Origin: a virus
IMG/VR virus record: IMGVR_UViG_3300039098_000035
Coordinates: 1 to 64,000 of that record
Strand: one strand, 5' to 3'
DNA: 64,000 nucleotides
The number at the start of each line of letters is the position of its first letter. The stretch's first letter is position 1. This document shows positions 59,301 to 64,000 of this stretch, piece after piece. The position numbers and the translations under genes are program-made. Below the pieces are notes generated by a model, which saw only the letters and a program-made list of their open reading frames with translations, had not been told where the DNA came from and made no database searches.

Positions 59301-62300
59301 CATATTTTTATTGAACCATTTTTAATTTCCAGTAGTTCATTAGGAGCATTGGTTCCTATCCCTACTTTACCATCATGTGCAACTGTTAATCTTTCTAAAG
59401 CATTTGTCCAAAGGGACAATGTACCTGTGGCTGTATCAAGGTTTTTAATTGCCATAGTTCCATCGTTACTTGTTTGGATTACTGAGTCTGTTCCACCAGG
59501 GATAAGATCTATGTAATCAATATCAGTCGTTGCAGAATAAGGCCCCACTCTAAGTGTGCCATTTATATGTGCTGCTCTATTAGTATGCATATCGCCTGTA
59601 CCAACAAACAGTTTAGTTTCTATTGTTAAATCACCAGTCATAGTATCACCGGTAACATCTACCCATAAGTCAGACCAATCCGTAAGGTCTGCTACAACAT
59701 GAGTATGTCCTACTAATGATACTGCTACAGCATTTACTGTAGGTGTGAATGCGAAATCTGCAATCCCACTAGGTGCTATGAATAATGCAGTTACATCAGG
59801 TACTCCATTACTTGTTGTATTGTCTTTAGTTCTAAATACTAATCCTCCACGATATCCTCCGTGTCCTGAAGCATAAATCCCTGCAAGGGTTGCTTGTTTC
59901 CCATCACTGTTCCAATCACGTCTGAATGTAATACCATAAGAAGGTTTAGTTTCGTCAAAACTAGTTTGCGGCGATTCAGAATTTTCATTTGAACCTATAG
60001 TAAGCATACTTTTAAACACACTGTTATCTAATGTTTCATTTTTTATATGTAACAAAGCTAGAGGTACAATAGTACCAATACCTATTTTACCATCATTTTT
60101 AATAATCATTTTAGTATCTGACGCAAGAGTGAATTCATCATAATCAGTAGCAGAATCTACAACAAAGTGTAAATCACTTAGTCCATGTGAGTCTACACCT
60201 TTACTAATTATAGCTGTCTTGTCTCCAACACCTGAACCAGGATTAAGTCTGTGTCTGAATACATACCCAACTTCTCCTACATCATAAGCATTGTGGGAGA
60301 CAACTATCCTTGCATTTGCTCCATATACTTCTAAGTTTTTAGTTGGTGACGCTGTACCTATTCCTATATTTCCATTAGATAAAATACGCATCTTCTCTGT
60401 AAGAGCTGAACCTGTCCATGTTGAGAAATACAAATCATAACCTGTTTCGCCTATACGTGCGTTCCCTGATTGCCATTGTAGGTGGTCCCCGCTAGGAATG
60501 TTAATACTACCAGCTATGTCAAGATTACCTAGTATATCTTGTTTGAACGCAGAAGGTAATCCTGTAGGGCCGAAGTTAAGAGCACCTGCGGCATCTTTCC
60601 AAATTCTGTGCGATGTTCCATGAGAACTTGTAATAGCGATACCATCTGCCAATGTGTCTCCACTTTGACGTATTCCTAGTATCCCTGTTGAAGCAGTTGA
60701 CCCTCCATCAATAGTTAAGGCACCTGTTAAAGTACCTCCTACTAGAGGTAGGTAAGGATGAGAGTGTGTTTCTTCATAACCAGTAAGTAAGGTATCTACT
60801 TCTGCTTGTGTATATTTATCAAGGTCCGTAATGTCGGCTTCTACATGAGTGTGAGCATTTGGATCACGATTATCAGATAGTCTACTGTCATCCGTTTTAA
60901 CTAATGCAACTACTCCAACTTTAGGAGTTGAATCAAATGAAACAATACCATCTTGGGTTATTCTTAATGCTCTATTTGTTGAACTGTGTATTTCATAACC
61001 ATTTTCATTACCTGTTAGTTCTCCTGTGTACCTATGAAACCAGCTAAAGGTTGCACCAGATGCTTCATAATTAATTTTAAGAAAATCTATAGTATTATTT
61101 ACAGCAAGAAATTTCAAACTATTTGTACCTAACTCAATGTCTCCTGTTAGTGTACCACCTATTAAAGGAAGGTAAGGATGTGAATGTTCGTCAGATTTAA
61201 GAAGTAACGCTGCATCTAGTTCTACTTCAGTATAATATCTATCATCATGTATATGATCGCCAATACTTACTACAGCTGATGATACTTTATCTGAACGGTA
61301 GGTTTCAAACTCTTCAATCGTGTATGAACCGTTACCTGCTTTCATTAACAGCCTACCTAGTATGATAAATTCTTGCATCTCTAAAGCACCTGTTTCTAAA
61401 GTAGATAAATCATTTAATGCTTTAGCATCTGTTAAGTTATCTCCTTCATATTGTCCAGGCATCCAGATAACGGCACTGTCATTAGAATCATTTGTAATGA
61501 CTAACCAGTATACAAAGTATTTATTATTGCTTACATCTTCAAGAGACCAAACACCAGCAGTGTTCAGGTTAACTTGAGGCTGTGTGTTTAAGTAACATGT
61601 TGCAGTTGTCCCTGCAATTTTTCGTATGTCACCGTCTGCGTTTCTATATAAGATAGGTGCTACTAGTGCGTCTAAAGTCTGAGTTACTCCTATGTTTTCC
61701 CCTAGAGTTAATCTCAAATCTTCATCGTACATTACACCTGGGTCTACTTTAATAGTTGTTGTAGTTAATGTAGTCACTGCGAACCCACTTGAATATCGAG
61801 TACCGTAAGTAAGATGTTCCATCTCATGATCTCTATCATCCATCATCCATCCATGCCACTCAGGCCCTAGAAGAATCATTTCTTTATTAGTAGCGTCCCA
61901 TAGTCCATAAGCTACTAACGCTTTAGTTAAGTTAAACGTCCAAGCTGAATCACTAGCTATCAATCCTGCTGTGGTGTAGTAAAAGAATTTAAGTCCTTCA
62001 GTATCATCAAAAACAACTGATTCACTTCCTATTTGTTTAGTTACTTTAACACTATTGATCCAATAATCTTCAACACTGTTAAATGTAATTGTAAATGTTC
62101 TAGTTGCATCAACACACGATACTTCTAAATCAGGCTGGTAATCCCACCCTGTTTTATTAAACTCATACTTATCATGATCGTGAGACAATAATGAGTATAG
62201 TCCACTATGGTCTCCCCAACCATAGGCTGTGTCCCAGTTACCGCTACTAGTTAATAAGGAATCTATTTCAGTTTCCGTGTAGTATCTATCATCATGTAAT

Positions 62301-64000
62301 GTACCTAGAGGTTCATATATTGCAGCATGGTTATGAGATATGTCCGCATAATCAGCGTCATGATCGTGAGACAATAATGAGTATAGTCCACTATGGTCTC
62401 CCCAACCATAGGCTGTGTCCCAGTTAGTTACTCCACCTTCTAATACACCTATAGCATCTTCATTAGCTTCTATGAAATCAGCGATTTCTCCAAGCGTGTC
62501 TAATAATGCAGGTGCATCCCCTAGAATGGCAGCAATCTCATCACCGATTTCAGTTGTAATTTGTGCCGCAGTCCTTCCTCCTAAATCTCCAACAGTAGTT
62601 GTATCTGCTAGGTAAGGATGAGTATGTATAAGAGCAAACTTGGCATCGGCCGCAGCTTGAGTATACTTATCTAGGTCCGTGATATCAGACTCAGTCCATG
62701 TTAGAGCTAAGACTTCTGCTTGAGTATATAAACTAGGTTTACCAGTTACATCAGTCCATGCAGGTACCCAAGTATCTGCTCTATAAGGATGAGTATGGAT
62801 TAATGCATACTTAGCATCAGCTTCAATCTCAGTATAATATCTATCATCATGAAGATGTGTAGTAGCTGAGTAATCAGAAGGATCAAATGAACCTGCATGC
62901 CATACTTTATTGGTCCCTACAAAGAAATCACCGTTTTCAAGTACTACAGCCTGTGTTGATACAGGATCATGGCTTGTAAATGTAAACGTAGTATTATACA
63001 ATCCTCCTGGACTAGCATCATCATGATATTCAAACTTAAAGATACCCCATTGGGTAGGTGTTGCGCGGTCACTAAACTTAATACCTACGCTTCCGGTACT
63101 TGTTGTTTTATGTAAGAATAGTGGAAGTTCTTCAGTACTTACTATATTCAACATTCCTGACATTGTATCTCCTGCCAATAGTACATAGGGATGAGTATGT
63201 ATAAGAGCAAACTTGGCATCGGCCGCAGCTTGAGTATACTTATCTAGGTCCGTGATATCAGACTCAGTCCATGTTAGAGCTAAGACTTCTGCTTGAGTAT
63301 ACTTATCTAGGTCCGTGATATCTGCTTCGACATGAGTATGTACTATAGGTGCGTACACTGTACTAAGCCCACTGATTAAACTAGTTACTTCAGCTTGGGT
63401 ATACTTATCTAGGTCCGTGATATCAGACTCAGTCCATGTTAGAGCTAAGACTTCTGCTTGAGTATACTTATCTAGGTCCGTGATATCAGACTCAGTCCAT
63501 GTAAGTGCTAAGACTTCTGCTTGAGTATACTTATCTAAATCAGTTATTTGGGATTCTGTAATACTAATACCTGTAGACTTATCCCATGCTATAAATACAG
63601 GGTCTGTTTCAGTTACTATATATGCTTGTAAATCTGTTATTTGCGATTCCGTTATAGTTATACCTGTACTTTTATCCCAGGCTATAAAGATAGGATCTGT
63701 TTCATCAGGAAATGCTAGGTCTGTTATCTGTGCCATAACAATACTGATACCGGTACTTTTATCCCATGCACTAAATATAGGGTCTGTCTCAGTAAATGAA
63801 GTTAGGTACCCTCCATCTCCATGATCGCCCCAGCCATAGGCTGTGTCCCAGTTAGTACTGTTGGTTAACATAGCATCTACTTCAGCTTGCGTATACTTAT
63901 CTAATCCAACAATCTGTGCAGAAGGTATTTCAGTTATAGGAATACTCTGCATTAAATTAACTATCTGTCCTTCAGTAAAATCAACATAGTCTTCATTAGT
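53345..64000 (-). CDS. Giant modular tail fibre / receptor-binding protein with C-terminal peptidase S74 chaperone (5' end beyond the window)
   Basis: Frame stays open upstream of ATG 63952 to the window edge. HxH motifs, DKYTQAEV repeats, G.(V/I)GIGT..P repeats, TTLAGYGITD; SDITRKKDI...IGVMAQEIE plus coiled coil. Confidence 0.9.
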   Translation of the reverse strand, partial: TNEDYVDFTEGQIVNLMQSIPITEIPSAQIVGLDKYTQAEVDAMLTNSTNWDTAYGWGDHGDGGYLTSFTETDPIFSAWDKSTGISIVMAQITDLAFPDETDPIFIAWDKSTGITITESQITDLQAYIVTETDPVFIAWDKSTGISITESQITDLDKYTQAEVLALTWTESDITDLDKYTQAEVLALTWTESDITDLDKYTQAEVTSLISGLSTVYAPIVHTHVEADITDLDKYTQAEVLALTWTESDITDLDKYTQAAADAKFALIHTHPYVLLAGDTMSGMLNIVSTEELPLFLHKTTSTGSVGIKFSDRATPTQWGIFKFEYHDDASPGGLYNTTFTFTSHDPVSTQAVVLENGDFFVGTNKVWHAGSFDPSDYSATTHLHDDRYYTEIEADAKYALIHTHPYRADTWVPAWTDVTGKPSLYTQAEVLALTWTESDITDLDKYTQAAADAKFALIHTHPYLADTTTVGDLGGRTAAQITTEIGDEIAAILGDAPALLDTLGEIADFIEANEDAIGVLEGGVTNWDTAYGWGDHSGLYSLLSHDHDADYADISHNHAAIYEPLGTLHDDRYYTETEIDSLLTSSGNWDTAYGWGDHSGLYSLLSHDHDKYEFNKTGWDYQPDLEVSCVDATRTFTITFNSVEDYWINSVKVTKQIGSESVVFDDTEGLKFFYYTTAGLIASDSAWTFNLTKALVAYGLWDATNKEMILLGPEWHGWMMDDRDHEMEHLTYGTRYSSGFAVTTLTTTTIKVDPGVMYDEDLRLTLGENIGVTQTLDALVAPILYRNADGDIRKIAGTTATCYLNTQPQVNLNTAGVWSLEDVSNNKYFVYWLVITNDSNDSAVIWMPGQYEGDNLTDAKALNDLSTLETGALEMQEFIILGRLLMKAGNGSYTIEEFETYRSDKVSSAVVSIGDHIHDDRYYTEVELDAALLLKSDEHSHPYLPLIGGTLTGDIELGTNSLKFLAVNNTIDFLKINYEASGATFSWFHRYTGELTGNENGYEIHSSTNRALRITQDGIVSFDSTPKVGVVALVKTDDSRLSDNRDPNAHTHVEADITDLDKYTQAEVDTLLTGYEETHSHPYLPLVGGTLTGALTIDGGSTASTGILGIRQSGDTLADGIAITSSHGTSHRIWKDAAGALNFGPTGLPSAFKQDILGNLDIAGSINIPSGDHLQWQSGNARIGETGYDLYFSTWTGSALTEKMRILSNGNIGIGTASPTKNLEVYGANARIVVSHNAYDVGEVGYVFRHRLNPGSGVGDKTAIISKGVDSHGLSDLHFVVDSATDYDEFTLASDTKMIIKNDGKIGIGTIVPLALLHIKNETLDNSVFKSMLTIGSNENSESPQTSFDETKPSYGITFRRDWNSDGKQATLAGIYASGHGGYRGGLVFRTKDNTTSNGVPDVTALFIAPSGIADFAFTPTVNAVAVSLVGHTHVVADLTDWSDLWVDVTGDTMTGDLTIETKLFVGTGDMHTNRAAHINGTLRVGPYSATTDIDYIDLIPGGTDSVIQTSNDGTMAIKNLDTATGTLSLWTNALERLTVAHDGKVGIGTNAPNELLEIKNGSIKIWTDDTYDYALTLGRDGVYPAIYGDAVIRIMQRMEIWGSSNGYYFDVRNAAGAVDAKIDGAGDSYVNALANNFGIGTSSPSTKLHAISAQAGKPVLTLQNTNAAGYSAIHFKHTSNTHAGHIGYAGTGTALNDVMFIGSIGAYPLVFTTSDTEKMRIATSGNVGIGTDNPSRKLHIYEDSSGGSAHTYTDLLIESSEYAMITLLTPNTGKGYYGFADPEDSYVAGMYYAHATNELSFDVNNTLALRIDSDGIADFVNTPTIDGTAVSLVGHTHASDDTNTYVDSITLADRVVTLGRSGALADLTLDLSTQVVNKIRLTGRSKTYKIFSVNKTGSQHRILHGRILSSNNYAATDRSDVHLMLGFYNENWAANAYQLGQDNAYPVYFSLYDTGTNFEGFITMSNYTDNAVLTLDMLNLITITMIEEAPTGDLLYNSETSENFILDSSNYDSYALPLVGGTLTGALTIDDAILQINTGSEDDEVFFNLKYNDNDAYQLFLKQTVSSGVVRYNFSMINVDTVYDDVLVLDRGKVGIGTTDPEYTLHVDGQIKITNANGGAWNDGLIIEDATGWAATVYARGTAAKMFTGLRDETDDYIWMAPVYDNTGTNLTPPRDDTVLLVDEDAQDIKIFLPTQFGQGVRMYDSLRIGDIVIPNATAQWGVGGTTTGCIVIELPNTVAMYDMMTITIDTYEYTTNTHSTYTMSGHNWTTSTWYNYSVIGSGNNIDEVQLGVTPGGRHCIIIGTVSKSWSYGRVAVTKVISHPTYDSQNWEGSWNVSQVTDLTGYTALTGNIAKAIFHEGNFLAGTDYLTSVAWGDLTGTQPDPVAHTHNYLSQIAGGALDVDADNGTGLYPGSTGTWTNKGPAGNNAGALLSINTHPGNYFSQLWFDTAGGEFYARHANAVLPTTTWNKILTSANIGTYALEDDHDASAVTAALIVNWDLAYGWGDHGVEGYLTGVAWGDLTGTQPDPVAHTHAYLPLAGGTMTGDLTFDTDAEIVHNTDSNYMKYRVYSDDNYGIGMVSGLSFGAINNDWAMTFTFNDDADRGFLWRDTNHSTSQGAMALSTGGKLTVAHSLRVGYGTSDTAVPGATYDLDISGDALIGGNIVVSEDVTIAGMLNAHLYSYEGGVRKIVNPKGGLLNTAVSNIDGAIRIKLPQKGESNTMLRMVVDVYNYAHDTSFTVTLGGYLHAAPSWTNTFAIFESTDAMNITRQVHFALDASNYGVIYIGDVDATEEWDYSIVSVRELLLGHSGDDNVAWMDALSISYVTSIGTDTIEISETGTQLDAGTLEGHAANYFQPLLDKAAVQNLLDLTTTNNSGSMPVNDVVRNTIGYASSFPSGDFDNFSNTDGGLYAGVYSSSWVHEIYGDFRTGHMAVRGKNNGTWMDWLEVLDMGNFDDYALPLTGGAVTGETTFADKIGIGTTSPQNSLELVNASGETGLRLRSNYASVGSNATIGFRLSTTVVGENYAEITAYRTNDPASTATDLLFKTRDGTSIEERMRLTSTGILYVGGSIIADDSLYINYDQSDDNAVVFFGDVASAVAHFLKFDATEQVFYFSDELEIGGYTAWHANNFDPDDYLTDTGLTVFTVPAGQLGSQASEINTLQIKQATASTDAMITFHVGGDYALHFGLDGTTNDLFVGGWSMGVNKYKIFHEGNFVAGTDYQAPLVADTDYQTPQTTLAGYGITDAFDGAFSSLTGTPTTLAGYGITDGEYSLTEAKIETALTNVTFGDGYMQANTYLQTMQFRTSTKGTLTAPAYRFSGDADTGMFFPSLDQLAFSAGGVEMIRLIEGTTPSQRITVSANIDASNTALMLGLSTTEYFGYLFSYRVYRNAEYSLSDITRKKDINRIQLDNNLEINPSIAGYVEGKDGTMFRQIELLFEQLNIYTFNYNDDEADDLKIGVMAQEIEIILKDHPVLLAMLVSRELVTDRDGTNEREDITIRTDNIATLKTVMIKHLQSKVKKLEDKHNRMVELLISKGLITQEEGEDL
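62616..63910 (-). repeat. Tandem and dispersed 63-bp units (DLDKYTQAEVLALTWTESDIT) and ETDP.F.AWDKSTGI repeats in the tail fibre
   Basis: Near-identical DNA copies, e.g. 62616-62728 matches 63189-63301. Confidence 0.9.

Noticed and set aside
62616-63910. Regular repeats suggesting a CRISPR array or DGR template/variable repeats
   Set aside because: They are in-frame coding repeats with no unique spacers, no adenine-specific mismatches and no reverse transcriptase in the window.
1-64000. Alternative genetic code, tRNA genes, integrase or att sites
   Set aside because: Long ORFs are intact in code 11 with TAA, TAG and TGA all used as stops; no cloverleaf or recombinase motifs were recognised.

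Overview
The whole window reads as one AT-rich tailed dsDNA phage genome segment, standard code with TGA used as stop; no host housekeeping genes, integrase, tRNAs or CRISPR array were seen. Layout: (i) leftward arm of small genes headed by an SF3/D5-type helicase (1-5.7 kb); (ii) an ~850-bp non-coding divergence point with short repeats; (iii) a rightward early/replication arm (HNH, HTH, radical SAM, lipoprotein, SSB, MoxR AAA + RadC + vWA, Toprim primase, SNF2 helicase, PolA, PD-(D/E)XK nuclease, Topo VI A-like, Sak4-like ATPase); (iv) a convergent structural arm with a 7596-aa protein, an N4-gp56-type major capsid protein, an Ig-like gene and a >3500-aa tail fibre with an S74 chaperone. Two highlights. 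First, the 7596-aa, apparently Cys-free protein holds a single-chain two-barrel RNA polymerase (beta motifs, then R-x-P and GGDNDGD), plus a DEDD exonuclease-like domain and membrane/ejection-type termini. Second, a ~520-nt highly structured non-coding RNA or leader (12.66-13.19 kb) sits between a near-consensus sigma70 promoter and a terminator-like hairpin. All family calls come from motif recognition by eye; no searches were run.
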